This document shows positions 31,662 through 41,661 of a stretch of DNA of 64,000 nt, piece by piece (position 1 is the stretch's first letter; the number at the start of each line of letters is the position of its first letter). Origin of the DNA: Sedimentisphaerales bacterium (lineage in GTDB: Bacteria > Planctomycetota > Phycisphaerae > Sedimentisphaerales > Anaerobacaceae); the NCBI GenBank assembly GCA_963708075.1, contig OY970194.1, positions 2,528,001 to 2,592,000 of the forward strand, written 5' to 3'. Below the pieces are notes generated by a model. That model was not told the origin of the DNA. It did no database searches and was given only the letters and a program-made list of their open reading frames with translations. Both the position numbers and the translations under genes were made by a program.

Positions 31662-32672
31662 CTATTCCGCCTTGGGCCGGCGGCTCATCAGGTCCTCGAT
31701 CGCGGCCTTCACGGGCTTGCTTTCGAAGAGCACTTCGTACACGGCCTGTGTTATCGGCACTTCGATGCCGTACCGCTGGGCGAGCGCCACGACCGATTTG
31801 CACGTGGAGACTCCCTCGACCACCGATGCGGTCGCGTGCTGCGCCTGCTCGCATGTCTGTCCTCTTCCTATTCTCTCGCCGAAGGAGCGGTTGCGGCCGG
31901 TCGGCGAGATGCACGTTGTCACCAGGTCGCCCAGGCCGGTCAAGCCGGCAAACGTCTGCTCTCGTGCCCCCATCGCCACCCCGAGCCGCGTGATCTCCGC
32001 TAATCCGCGGGCCAGCAGCGCCGCTTTCGCGTTGTCGCCGGCGCCGACTCCATCGATAATGCCCGCAGCGATCGCGATGACATTTTTCATCGCGCCGGCC
32101 AACTCGACACCCACAACGTCCACATTCGTATATACACGAAGCCACGGGCAGGTGAACGTTTGCTGAATGCTCCGGGCCAGATCCTCATTCTCGGACGCCG
32201 CGCAGGCGGTCGCGGGCAGCTTCCTCGCCAGCTCGTCCGCGATAGTCGGGCCGCTCAAGACCGCCAGTCCCCTGCCATCGCCGAGCACGTCCGCAATGAT
32301 CTGCGTCGGGCGCTGCAGGGTGCCGTTCTCGATGCCCTTGGCGACCGAGACGATGGGCACGTCGCTGGGGACATGGCCCTTGTTGAGACGTTTCCACACG
32401 CCGCGCATATACTGACACGGCACAGCCGAGACGATCAAGTCCGCCCCCGCCATCGCCCGATCATCCCGCGGCTCAAAGATCAGCGCGTCGGGCAGCCTGT
32501 AGCCGGGCAGAAATTTCGTGTTCTCCCGCTTGCGCTCGATCTGCGCCAACTGCCCCGCGTCAAAGCCCCACATGCGCGTGGCAATCCCTTTCTCGCACAA
32601 TAGCATCGACAGAACGCTCGCCATCCCGCCGTCGCCGATGATCGTGACATTGTGATGTTCGCTGATCGCCAT
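31662..32672 (-). CDS. gpsA: NAD(P)H-dependent glycerol-3-phosphate dehydrogenase
   Basis: IIGDG.M, AKGIE, LSGPTIADE, GAMKNVIAIAAG, GDNAKAAL, GLGDLVTTC, GRNR. Confidence 0.95.
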   Translation of the reverse strand: MAISEHHNVTIIGDGGMASVLSMLLCEKGIATRMWGFDAGQLAQIERKRENTKFLPGYRLPDALIFEPRDDRAMAGADLIVSAVPCQYMRGVWKRLNKGHVPSDVPIVSVAKGIENGTLQRPTQIIADVLGDGRGLAVLSGPTIADELARKLPATACAASENEDLARSIQQTFTCPWLRVYTNVDVVGVELAGAMKNVIAIAAGIIDGVGAGDNAKAALLARGLAEITRLGVAMGAREQTFAGLTGLGDLVTTCISPTGRNRSFGERIGRGQTCEQAQHATASVVEGVSTCKSVVALAQRYGIEVPITQAVYEVLFESKPVKAAIEDLMSRRPKAE

Positions 32673-32970
32673 CCTGACCTCTGATCTTCCCGGTTCCGTC
32701 CGCAGATGCGCCACAGCGGCGCCCCTACTCGGCAGATTAGACCGGCAAACGTCAAGCATGTCAATTCGGCCTTCTGCCTAACGACCCTCCGTTAGGTTGA
32801 TGCCGCGAGAAGCGTGGACACATTCCTCAAGATAATCTGCACGCGCCGCTAATCCGGGCCCGACGTGCAGCCGATATGATCTCCCAGAATTGAAGCTTCG
32901 CGATAGGGTGGTGATAACCAGAAAGCGAGCGGCCGACAAACCGCTCGCTTTTATTTTGCGCACTCAATAC

Positions 32971-33834
32971 TCAGCGTTCGCGGTACTGCCAATCGAAGTT
33001 GCAGATGTCATCCGCCGTGCCGTAGAGACCGTCGCGGCCAGCACTGACCAGGATGTAAGACTCCGCCCGGTAAGGTAGAGATATCTCGCGGACACGGGTA
33101 TTTTGTGTGTTGAGGTAGAATCGCTTTGGATCGGTTAGCGGATGCATCTGGCCCGGCTTGCCCGGCACGCCAAGCTTGATGAGGGTCTGGTTGTCCTTGT
33201 AGTCGTAGATGTTTTGGGAATTGTCCGGCTCGTTCGCGTCGTGCAAAGTCGCTGAGGTGTCGGCACGGTAGTAAAGGATGGGCATGCCTGTCTTCTTCCC
33301 ACTTGGACGATCTCTTTCAAAGATATCGCATAGGACCAAGATATCCTCGCGAAATGAGCCCATGTTGCCCTTGCCGAAGACTTCCACCAGCCGGTGTGCG
33401 TTGGTGTTTTGGAGAGGCAGAAACAGCGCCAGCCTGGCCTTGAGAGTATCCGCTGTGTACAACGGTGCCAGGGTGTTCGGGTCCAGACCGTCGGCTCGAT
33501 AGCTCGACATCGCATGGAAGCCCCTCTGATCCTGCCCTATCATCGCCTCTGCCAGCTTCATCGCCCCGCAATAGGGCGAGCCCGTTGTATCGTTCGCATC
33601 AGAGGGGGGATACCTGCCAAACGTACTGTCAAAAAGCTCAATCGCGCTTTCCACCGAGGCGAACATGGCACGCTGTTCTATGTCCATCGCGAAGTGAACA
33701 GCGCCCCTGTACGCGAGAAATCCGAGAGTAAGGAGGAGTGTGATCACAACAAGGAGCAACATTCGCCTCTTAGCTGCTCCTTTGCAGCGTGCGGAAGACG
33801 TGCTTGGGAGTGGGATCATTCGCGGTAGCTCCAA
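32971..33834 (-). CDS. Membrane-anchored pseudopilin-like (GspG C-terminal-like) protein
   Basis: TM helix, AIELF...FG.YPPS, C-terminal YILVSAG.DG.YGTADDI; start uncertain. Confidence 0.6.
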   Translation of the reverse strand: MELPRMIPLPSTSSARCKGAAKRRMLLLVVITLLLTLGFLAYRGAVHFAMDIEQRAMFASVESAIELFDSTFGRYPPSDANDTTGSPYCGAMKLAEAMIGQDQRGFHAMSSYRADGLDPNTLAPLYTADTLKARLALFLPLQNTNAHRLVEVFGKGNMGSFREDILVLCDIFERDRPSGKKTGMPILYYRADTSATLHDANEPDNSQNIYDYKDNQTLIKLGVPGKPGQMHPLTDPKRFYLNTQNTRVREISLPYRAESYILVSAGRDGLYGTADDICNFDWQYRER

Positions 33835-33919
33835 GCGAACGTTCGTCTCATGACCGTTTCACTCCAGATTCGCTATCCGCTCATCTGCTGCTGGCAATGT
33901 CGCACGTCGATACTGTGCC

Positions 33920-35239
33920 TCAGCCCTGGACGATTTCGAGCTTGTCGGGGTGGAGGCGCTCGAGCTCGGGCAGTTGCTTTTGGCCCATTCTGACGTCGAT
34001 GAGGACGGAGCTGTCGAAGTATTGCTCGCTGAGGATCTGGCCGTGGGCGCGGAGGAAGCTCTGCACCTTGCCGTTGGCCTGGCTGCTGAGGACCCGCAGG
34101 ACGACATCCGGGCCCCGGTAGTGCTGCGTGACCCTGCGGCAGAGCTCATCAAGGCCCATGCACGTCTTGGCTGAGACGGACACCGCCTCGGGGTGGAGCG
34201 TCTGCAGCAGCTCGAGCCGGCCGATCTCCTTGATGGCATCGACCTTATTGAACACCTCCAGGATGGGCTTGTCGCCGCAGCCGATGTCCGCCAAGACCTT
34301 GTTCACCGATTCCATCTGGTTCATGACCTCAGGATTGGACACATCGATCACGTGCAGCAGCAGGTCGGCGAGAACGGCTTCCTCCAGCGTCGCCTTAAAT
34401 GAGGCCACAAGCTGGTGAGGCAGGTTTCGCACGAAGCCGACGGTATCGCTGAGGAGCACCTCGGCCCCCCTGGATGGCACCCACTTCCTCGTGCGTGTGT
34501 CCAGCGTGGCAAACAATCTGTCCTCGGCGAGGACGCCGGCGTCGGTGAGGGCGTTCAGGAGCGTGCTCTTGCCGGCGTTCGTGTAGCCGACGATACAGAC
34601 CTGGAAGAAATCTTTGCGGCCCTTGATCTCGCGCAGCTTGCGCAGGTCGATTCCTTCCAGCTCATCGCGCAGCTCGTTGATCCGCTTGCTGACGATCCGG
34701 CGGTCGATTTCCAACTGCTGCTCGCCCGGACCACGCGTGCCAATGGCGCCGACCGCGCCGGGAGTGCCGGCACCGCCCGCCGCTCCGGCCACTGTGTCCA
34801 AGTGCGACCACATCCGCGTGAGGCGAGGGTAAGTATATTCCAATTGGGCCAGTTCGACCTGTAGCTTGGCCTGCTTGGTCTGTGCCCGGGTTGCGAAAAT
34901 ATCGAGGATCAACTCGCTGCGGTCTACCACCTTGGCCTGGATCACATCCTCCAACTCGCGAATCTGGGCCGGCGACAGGTTGTTGTCAAAGATGATAACA
35001 TCCGCCTTATAGCGTCGGACCCGCTGACCAAGCTGAAGAACCTTGCCCTTACCGATGTAGGTGGCAGGGTTGATTTTGCGGATTTTCTGTTGAAACCGGT
35101 CCACGACAACCGCTCCGGCACTCTCGGCCAGGGCGGTCAATTCCGCCAAGTCATCCCAGCCATCCGCGTTCGGCAGATGTGCGGCCACCAGGATGGCCCG
35201 CTCTTTTCTGACTTCTAACGTCTGACGTATCTTCTCCAA
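33920..35239 (-). CDS. hflX: GTPase HflX
   Basis: LILDIFA.RA, KLQVELAQL.Y..PRL, GPGEQQLE.DRR, GYTNAGKSTL, LFATLD, DTVGF; TTG start after GGAGG. Confidence 0.96.
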   Translation of the reverse strand: MEKIRQTLEVRKERAILVAAHLPNADGWDDLAELTALAESAGAVVVDRFQQKIRKINPATYIGKGKVLQLGQRVRRYKADVIIFDNNLSPAQIRELEDVIQAKVVDRSELILDIFATRAQTKQAKLQVELAQLEYTYPRLTRMWSHLDTVAGAAGGAGTPGAVGAIGTRGPGEQQLEIDRRIVSKRINELRDELEGIDLRKLREIKGRKDFFQVCIVGYTNAGKSTLLNALTDAGVLAEDRLFATLDTRTRKWVPSRGAEVLLSDTVGFVRNLPHQLVASFKATLEEAVLADLLLHVIDVSNPEVMNQMESVNKVLADIGCGDKPILEVFNKVDAIKEIGRLELLQTLHPEAVSVSAKTCMGLDELCRRVTQHYRGPDVVLRVLSSQANGKVQSFLRAHGQILSEQYFDSSVLIDVRMGQKQLPELERLHPDKLEIVQG

Positions 35240-35356
35240 CTAAGAAGGCACCTCCAAAAGTGCTGGCATTCTATCGCATTCTCGGTCCTTCTTCAAGCGC
35301 CGCCCGCAGAGAACCCGTTAGGCCCTGTAAAAAAAGCGGCAAAACGATTTTTCGGC

Positions 35357-35385
35357 TTGAAAAGGGACGATAAGCATGTTAAAGT
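35357..35385 (+). promoter_or_regulatory. sigma70-type promoter for rpsU
   Basis: TTGAAA-N17-TAAAGT. Confidence 0.5.
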
Positions 35386-35472
35386 GCTGAGTTTGAGTCT
35401 TCCAACAATCTATATATACGTGTCGCCGTCACAAGTGTTTATCAGTTGAAACGGTTTTAAGGAGTGTACTGA

Positions 35473-35649
35473 GTGTTAAAAGTCAAGATGCGTTCAGGCG
35501 AGTCCGTGCAGCAGATGATCCGGCGTTTCAAGAAGCTGTGCGAGAAAGAGGGGCTGATCCGCGATATGAAGCGCACCGCCTACTACGAGAAGCCCTCGGA
35601 GCGGGAACGCCGGCGCATGCGAAAAGCCCAGCGTACCATCAGGCACTAA
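35473..35649 (+). CDS. rpsU: 30S ribosomal protein S21
   Basis: Manual translation MLKVKMRSGESVQQMIRRFKKLCEKEGLIRDMKRTAYYEKPSERERRR...; TAAGGAG RBS; 58 aa, not in ORF track. Confidence 0.95.
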   Translation: MLKVKMRSGESVQQMIRRFKKLCEKEGLIRDMKRTAYYEKPSERERRRMRKAQRTIRH

Positions 35650-35799
35650 GCCGGGCCCATCCCCCAATTCCAAATACCCACCGGGTAAGCAGAATCTCCT
35701 CCAATTCCTGCTCGGTTCCTCTTTTCCCATCCCAGAGACCTATCCCTGGTCCGGCGGCAATCCAACTTCTGTGGGCAGGCTGTCGGTCTGCGGCACGGC

Positions 35800-37626
35800 T
35801 CACGGCCTGATGACGGATGATCGGGGCGGTGTTGCCATCCCCTCGCCGAAGTAGAAGCCCGGCTGCGTCGGCTGGTTGTAGGCGACGTTCTGCCAGGCCA
35901 CGCTGAGCCGGTAGATCGGGTCGTGCATCAGCGAGCAGAGCCGGCGATCCGCGGGGATCGTCGTAGTGAAGATGCGAAGCTCCTTGCCATCCTTCGTCCT
36001 GGCAACCAACTCCTCACGCCAGTCGCCCAGAATATCCGCGCACAGGCACGGATTCGATTTGGACCCGTTGTTGCGGACGCAATCGTAGTCGCCACCGGAG
36101 AACAGCCGAGTCTGGGTTCCGGCGACATGATCCCACTTATCGATCGTGACGCCGTCGAGAATCTCCCGAAGCACGTCACCATCCCACCAGATGCCCATGT
36201 TGCAGGCCCGGGGCTTGGAGTCCGAGATCTTCTCACCCTTGCAGTTGTACAGGCCGTCGGAGCTGCTCGCCCAGCATTCATAGCCCGGGTGACGCGGGTC
36301 GATGTCCATCGCCAGTCCCCTGCCGGGGTCCTGCAGCTTCAGGCCCCAGATTACCTTGCCCGTGGCGGCATCGAGGAGGCTCGCTCCATACGGGTGAGGC
36401 GGATTCTCATGAATCGACCAGACCTCCAGACCGGGCCTGTCCGGATCAATGTCCGACAGGTGCATTGCGTCGCCGTGGCCCAGCCGGGTGGTATAGAGTC
36501 CCTTGCCGTCGTGATCGATCGCGCAGGCCCCATAGACAATTTCATCCTTGCCGTCCCCATCCACGTCGCCGACACTGAGGTTGTGGTTGCCCTGTCCCCG
36601 GTACTCCCTGTTGCCCGGCGTGCCATCGTCGCTGTCGAACGTCCAGACGTGCGCCAGTTTGCCATCGCGGAAATTCCATGCCGCCAGCACGGCCCGCGTA
36701 TAATAGCCGCGGCACATAATCAGGCTTGGCCTCTCGCCATCCAGATAGGCGATGCACGCCAAGAAGCGATCCACTCTGTTGCCGTAATCGTCGCCCCAGT
36801 CCGCCACTCTGCCCCTGGGCGGGACGTAGTCGGTGGTGACAAGCTCACCGCCGGTTTGACCGTCGAATATCGTGAGGAACTCCGGCCCATCAAGAATGTA
36901 GCCTCGCGGGTTGCGGTAATCCGCGTCGGCATCGCCGATCACCTTGCCTTTACCATCGACCGTGCCATCGGCGGTCTTGCACGCCACCTCCGCCCTGCCA
37001 TCGCCGTCGAGGTCGTACACCATGAATTGCGTATAGTGCGCCCCCTCGCGAATGTTGCGCCCAAGGCTGATTCGCCAGAGAAAGCCGCTGTCGGGATCGT
37101 ATGCCTCCAGGACGGGCGGATCGGTCGTTCCGCTCGATGCATTGTCACGTCCCCTGCCCGCCTGGTGCAGGACGATCTCATATTCGCCATCGCCATCCAA
37201 GTCCCCCACGGAAGCATCGTTCGGCGCGTACCCATCAGGAGTCTGAAGGGGGATGGCGATATATGGCTGCGCCGGGGCATCTGCCGGGAGCGTGAAAGGC
37301 GCACTGGCCTCCCGCTCCTTGCCGTCCTCCAAGGGTCTGACGAAGTAGCCGTTTGACTTGCTCAGATCGACGCCAGTGTCAACATAGTTCGTGCTCTGGA
37401 AGATCGGCTGATCGTTGAGCTTGACGGCCTGCCCTCCGCCGGTCGTGCGATATACGTTGAAGGCAACGTCATTCGGATCGGTCCCCAGAAGCCGCCATCC
37501 GACATAGATCTTGCCCCCGCCCTGATGAATCGCGACCACCCCTCGCCCAAGACTCTCCATTTGCCGCGCGTCAGCCCCGGCCCCAAGAGCAAGGAACATC
37601 ATCCCCATCGGAAATACTGGATTCAC
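35800..37626 (-). CDS. Rhamnogalacturonan lyase (PL11, YesW/YesX-like)
   Basis: RQMESLGRGVVA, YAPNDASVGDLDGDGEYEI, NIREGAHYTQFMVYD, GNRVDRF, GQGNH, GHGDAMH, YNQP. Confidence 0.93.
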   Translation of the reverse strand: MNPVFPMGMMFLALGAGADARQMESLGRGVVAIHQGGGKIYVGWRLLGTDPNDVAFNVYRTTGGGQAVKLNDQPIFQSTNYVDTGVDLSKSNGYFVRPLEDGKEREASAPFTLPADAPAQPYIAIPLQTPDGYAPNDASVGDLDGDGEYEIVLHQAGRGRDNASSGTTDPPVLEAYDPDSGFLWRISLGRNIREGAHYTQFMVYDLDGDGRAEVACKTADGTVDGKGKVIGDADADYRNPRGYILDGPEFLTIFDGQTGGELVTTDYVPPRGRVADWGDDYGNRVDRFLACIAYLDGERPSLIMCRGYYTRAVLAAWNFRDGKLAHVWTFDSDDGTPGNREYRGQGNHNLSVGDVDGDGKDEIVYGACAIDHDGKGLYTTRLGHGDAMHLSDIDPDRPGLEVWSIHENPPHPYGASLLDAATGKVIWGLKLQDPGRGLAMDIDPRHPGYECWASSSDGLYNCKGEKISDSKPRACNMGIWWDGDVLREILDGVTIDKWDHVAGTQTRLFSGGDYDCVRNNGSKSNPCLCADILGDWREELVARTKDGKELRIFTTTIPADRRLCSLMHDPIYRLSVAWQNVAYNQPTQPGFYFGEGMATPPRSSVIRP

Positions 37627-37656
37627 AGATGCATCTCCTATACAGGTGCATACGGC

Positions 37657-39822
37657 TCAGGGAAGACGTTGCAGGCCTTCCCATCGCACTTTCCACGTTC
37701 CATTATCCGGGAAGCCCGGAGCCGGCCGGTCGGGGCAGCCGTCCCAGCCGGCGGCCATCATAGCGACCGCCGTTAGCAGGCCACCGTTGCCCGGCAGGTA
37801 TAGAGGCAGCCGGGCCGACTGGTAATTGTGCCCATTCGCCAGCCAGCGATTCTTGGGCGAATCCATGAACAGGGCATCCACTGCCTTCTCAGGCTCGCCG
37901 AGCCGGGCGGCCGTCATCGCCATCATCGGGTAATCCCAACCCCACGTGCTCGACCAATCCCACGATTGCAGGACACGCTCGTATGTCCGCTTCATCACGT
38001 TCGGGTCGATCAGCGGAGTTGGCGGGACAAACCCGTATGCAGCCAGCATCGACGGGTGATCGCGAGAGATCGTGTACGGCGGAGTCTCAATCCCCGTGTA
38101 CACCCCGTCACGGACATTGGGGCGAGAAAGCCCCCGTATCACGTTGTCCCATTTGGGCTCGCGCTCCCGGCCCAGGCGCTGGCGCCATTTCTGCGCGGTC
38201 TCCAGGCCCCAGTGCCAATACGCTAATTCAAACGTCGGATTGAGGTTGCGTGCCTTGTCCGAGCCATAGCTCTCCTGGGCGGGGATCATCGCGGGTCCAA
38301 GCACATACCGGTGATTCCCCTCGTCCCATGTGGGGTACGATGCCATGAACTCAGCCATTTCGAAGACGATTTGCTGATAGCGATCTAATGTCTCTCGACT
38401 TGGATGAGCGCGGTAGCACAACTCGGCGTAGTAAATCGGATGCGGCTGTTGCCAGATCAGAAATACGCCGACATTGCTGGGGCTCTCCCGGCCATCCGGA
38501 CCGACCATCTTCGGCCAGCGGGCACCCTCGTAGCCCTGCATCGAGGCGGTAGCTTTGGCCGCAGGAAGAATCGATTCATACCAAGGCAGGCTTCGCTCCA
38601 GAAGCTCCAGCCGATTCCACAGGGCAAGATGTACGCCGTGCCACCAGTGCATCTCCAGGTGAGACTTGCCGTACCAACTGTTGCAGGTCAGGCCCGTCTC
38701 CTGCGGCGGAGACGGTCCGGCGCACTGAACGGCCATGAGGTACTGCGAAAGCACGACCCTGCGCTCCAACTCGGCCGCACGCGGGTCGCTGCTGCCGGAA
38801 AAATCTATCGCAGCCCCGCGCGTCCAGAATCCCGACCAGTGATCTGCCGCCGCCTTGCGGACCTCGTCAAAACCAGGCAGCACACCTCTGAACTCGGCGG
38901 GCGAGAACGCGACGACAATCTCCAGGGACTCGCCATCTCGCCGGGTAATCTCGTACTCATGCTGTGATTTGACCTGGATTTCACCCCCGGCCGACCACGC
39001 CGCACGGACACAGTACCGATCCGCGTCAAGTACTCGCGTCAGATCAGCTTGGCGGCCCTCAATCCGATGCTGCGTTGTGTGGCGATCCGGGTGGTCCCAA
39101 TCCGCGGCCTTGCCCCATTCTGTGCTGCCGTAAGGGAACTTGAGCGAAATTGCCAACTGCCCCTGCTCCAGCAGCGGCGACTCGAGATGCACCGCGATCA
39201 AATCCTGTTTCGGGTGACATACGGTCAGCACACGAACTGCTCGGTCCTGCACGTCGAACCGGCTCGTTAACAGGCCGGTCCAGAGATCAAGTGCCTGATG
39301 GGTGTTCGTCAGGTCCTGGATATCCGCCGCGGATCCATCGGATTTCGCGATACGTAAGCCGACCTGTCCGAGATGCAGGCGATGCGGGTTGGCTCGCAGC
39401 CAATTTGCCGCCGCTGAATAACCGCCCGAGGCCGCCCCGCCCGACGCATACGGCACCTTTCGTCCGGCCACAGAGTACTCGTTCATCGCATCCGCCAGCT
39501 TGTACCCTTGCGGGTTCGGCAGACTGTGCCAGCCCCATTGCGATTGCGTCGTCAGGGACATTCCCCGCTCGTGGAACTGCGGAAATGTCTGCAGCCCCGT
39601 GATGTCTGCCGTGAACGCAAATCCACCATTGCCCACAGTCAGCGGCGTCAGCGAATCAGGTTTATCAAGCGTCACGTTGTGCCGCGTCACCAGCGCATGC
39701 CGGTCAATCCGACGATTATTCGGATCCTCCAAAGCTGACGTCAATCCAACTGCCAGCAACATATGACCAGCGAACACAGTGACTGGAGCCCATCTCATGA
39801 TAGGAGGTACATTCCACGCCAT
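37657..39822 (-). CDS. Secreted six-hairpin glycoside hydrolase (GH65/GH95-like)
   Basis: Signal peptide, LTVGNG.FAFT.D.TGLQ, ELERRVVLSQY, GK.HLEM.WWH, WQQPHP, TWGWD, YLPGNGGLL. Confidence 0.75.
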   Translation of the reverse strand: MAWNVPPIMRWAPVTVFAGHMLLAVGLTSALEDPNNRRIDRHALVTRHNVTLDKPDSLTPLTVGNGGFAFTADITGLQTFPQFHERGMSLTTQSQWGWHSLPNPQGYKLADAMNEYSVAGRKVPYASGGAASGGYSAAANWLRANPHRLHLGQVGLRIAKSDGSAADIQDLTNTHQALDLWTGLLTSRFDVQDRAVRVLTVCHPKQDLIAVHLESPLLEQGQLAISLKFPYGSTEWGKAADWDHPDRHTTQHRIEGRQADLTRVLDADRYCVRAAWSAGGEIQVKSQHEYEITRRDGESLEIVVAFSPAEFRGVLPGFDEVRKAAADHWSGFWTRGAAIDFSGSSDPRAAELERRVVLSQYLMAVQCAGPSPPQETGLTCNSWYGKSHLEMHWWHGVHLALWNRLELLERSLPWYESILPAAKATASMQGYEGARWPKMVGPDGRESPSNVGVFLIWQQPHPIYYAELCYRAHPSRETLDRYQQIVFEMAEFMASYPTWDEGNHRYVLGPAMIPAQESYGSDKARNLNPTFELAYWHWGLETAQKWRQRLGREREPKWDNVIRGLSRPNVRDGVYTGIETPPYTISRDHPSMLAAYGFVPPTPLIDPNVMKRTYERVLQSWDWSSTWGWDYPMMAMTAARLGEPEKAVDALFMDSPKNRWLANGHNYQSARLPLYLPGNGGLLTAVAMMAAGWDGCPDRPAPGFPDNGTWKVRWEGLQRLP

Positions 39823-39856
39823 TTTCGTCCTGCCTATTGGTACAGAGCATCGTCCA

Positions 39857-41200
39857 TCAAACCTTCATGCGGTAGCCCAGCCGGGTAATCAGCCCGGCGA
39901 CACCGACCACGAAGAAAGCCATCATCAAACAACCAAGGATATTCACGAACACAGGCAGCTCGGAGCTCTTGTAGAACCAGAGCGGAACGCCTGTGATCCC
40001 CGCAACGAGATAAAGCATGGGATGGAGGATGTAAGCCAGCAAAGGATTGACGCCCGCCGGACGGACGACGACGCTCCACGCCCGATATCGGCGCACGTCC
40101 ATCAGCCAGTAGAGCACCATCCACACCATGGCAGCCAGGAATGCGCACGTGAAGCACCACGCCGGCGTCGCACGGATCTTGTTGATGCCGAACAGCGGGT
40201 CAAAAAGCAACGCGGCCGCCGCGAGCCAAACCCCGAACCCAACCGTCCAGCGCAGATGCGCCCCGTGGGTCCGCAAGTCCGAGCCTGGCACGAGGATTGA
40301 TCCGAGGCAACAGCCAGCCATGCTGATCGAGGCCAGCGAGCCGAGCGATTCCCCGATCGACACGCGCGATCTTACCCAGAGGAACACGCTCTCGACCTGG
40401 CGCATCGCCGGCGCCGCCCACCCCAGCCAGTCCCTGGAATCCACGCGGGAGAACAGCCCTTTCTGCTCGGCCACGTAGAGCAGCGCCAGCATCGCCGTGG
40501 CTCCGATCAGCCACTCGCGGCGACGGCCGAATGCCAGATAGATCAGCGAGGCCGTCAGGTACGCCCAACCGATCAGACCCAGGATGCCCCACCACGAGTG
40601 GCGAAGCCAAACCGTATCGCCCGGAACCAGCAGCGGCCCAAGCACTAAGGGTTGCCCCTTGTCCGTGCGGTACGCCAGGGCCAGAACGATCAAGGCCACA
40701 ATGCCCGTCACCCGAGCCGCAAGCCATGTCTTTCGCCCCCGCGCGGGGTCGCGAGGCGGTGACATGAATGCCAGGATCATGGCAAGATAGGCGAGGAGTC
40801 CCCATGAGCCTCGGTACCAGGGGTTGTGGTTCTCCCCGTTGACCATCATCACGCCCATCACCAGCAAGGCAAACGTTCGCGCGAGCACTTTGAGCACAAG
40901 CCGAGCCTTCGTCTGGCCGCTCGCCGACGCTCGCTGCAAAGACAATGGGATCGACATCCCCGCAATGAACAGAAACGCCGGGAAGACAACGTCCGGCAAT
41001 GTCATGGCGTCCGCGTCGACACTGACGTGTTTCAACCAGGATGGCGCCCGCCCAACGCCCGCTACGTCATTGACAAAGATCATCAGCAGGATCACCAGGC
41101 CGCGCAACGCATCGACCGATGCGACGCGTTCCTGCGAGGCGGCAACCGAAGATGGGTCCGCAATCATTGTCCCGTCGGTGTTGTCCATCGCATGCATCAT
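39857..41200 (-). CDS. Heparan-alpha-glucosaminide N-acetyltransferase-like / DUF5009 (NagX-like) membrane protein
   Basis: RVASVDALRG...MIFVND, T.PDVVFPAFLF.AG.SIP, WWGILGLIGWAY, I.KIRATP; multi-TM. Confidence 0.85.
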   Translation of the reverse strand: MMHAMDNTDGTMIADPSSVAASQERVASVDALRGLVILLMIFVNDVAGVGRAPSWLKHVSVDADAMTLPDVVFPAFLFIAGMSIPLSLQRASASGQTKARLVLKVLARTFALLVMGVMMVNGENHNPWYRGSWGLLAYLAMILAFMSPPRDPARGRKTWLAARVTGIVALIVLALAYRTDKGQPLVLGPLLVPGDTVWLRHSWWGILGLIGWAYLTASLIYLAFGRRREWLIGATAMLALLYVAEQKGLFSRVDSRDWLGWAAPAMRQVESVFLWVRSRVSIGESLGSLASISMAGCCLGSILVPGSDLRTHGAHLRWTVGFGVWLAAAALLFDPLFGINKIRATPAWCFTCAFLAAMVWMVLYWLMDVRRYRAWSVVVRPAGVNPLLAYILHPMLYLVAGITGVPLWFYKSSELPVFVNILGCLMMAFFVVGVAGLITRLGYRMKV

Positions 41201-41227
41201 ACAAAGCTACCTTCCGGCATGACCCCG

Positions 41228-41659
41228 TCACTTTCCGGGACCAACGACTCGGATCGCTCCGGCTTCCAGCAATGGCTCCAGCATGTTGGCGGCGCCGCCG
41301 TGCTCCACGATTCGGCCGTCAATTACTTTCTCTATGTTGACCCCCGTGAATTCGAGGGCCTTGCCAGTCGCTTTCATACCCAGCCATGTGCCCCGATGGG
41401 TGCCGCACGCCGTGATTCGGGATACGACCCAGTCGCCCTCGGCAATCTGCTGCTCAATCCTCACGTGCAGGTCGGGATACACTTCGCGAACACCGAGCAC
41501 GTGCCTCTTCGCCCCTTCGAGCCCTACGGGATACCTGACGTTATTGAAGACCTCCGTATAGTCTGCTGAGATGAACTCCGATAGTTTCCCCACATCGCCG
41601 GTGTTCACGACCTCCTCGACGTAACGACGGACGAGCAATTTGTTCTCTTCTGTGGACAT
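41228..41659 (-). CDS. SnoaL-like ester cyclase family protein
   Basis: MSTEENKLLVRRY.EE..N.GD, PDL....E..IAEGD.V, GTH.G..LG..ATGK; start at 41659. Confidence 0.88.
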   Translation of the reverse strand: MSTEENKLLVRRYVEEVVNTGDVGKLSEFISADYTEVFNNVRYPVGLEGAKRHVLGVREVYPDLHVRIEQQIAEGDWVVSRITACGTHRGTWLGMKATGKALEFTGVNIEKVIDGRIVEHGGAANMLEPLLEAGAIRVVGPGK

Positions 41660-41661
41660 GA

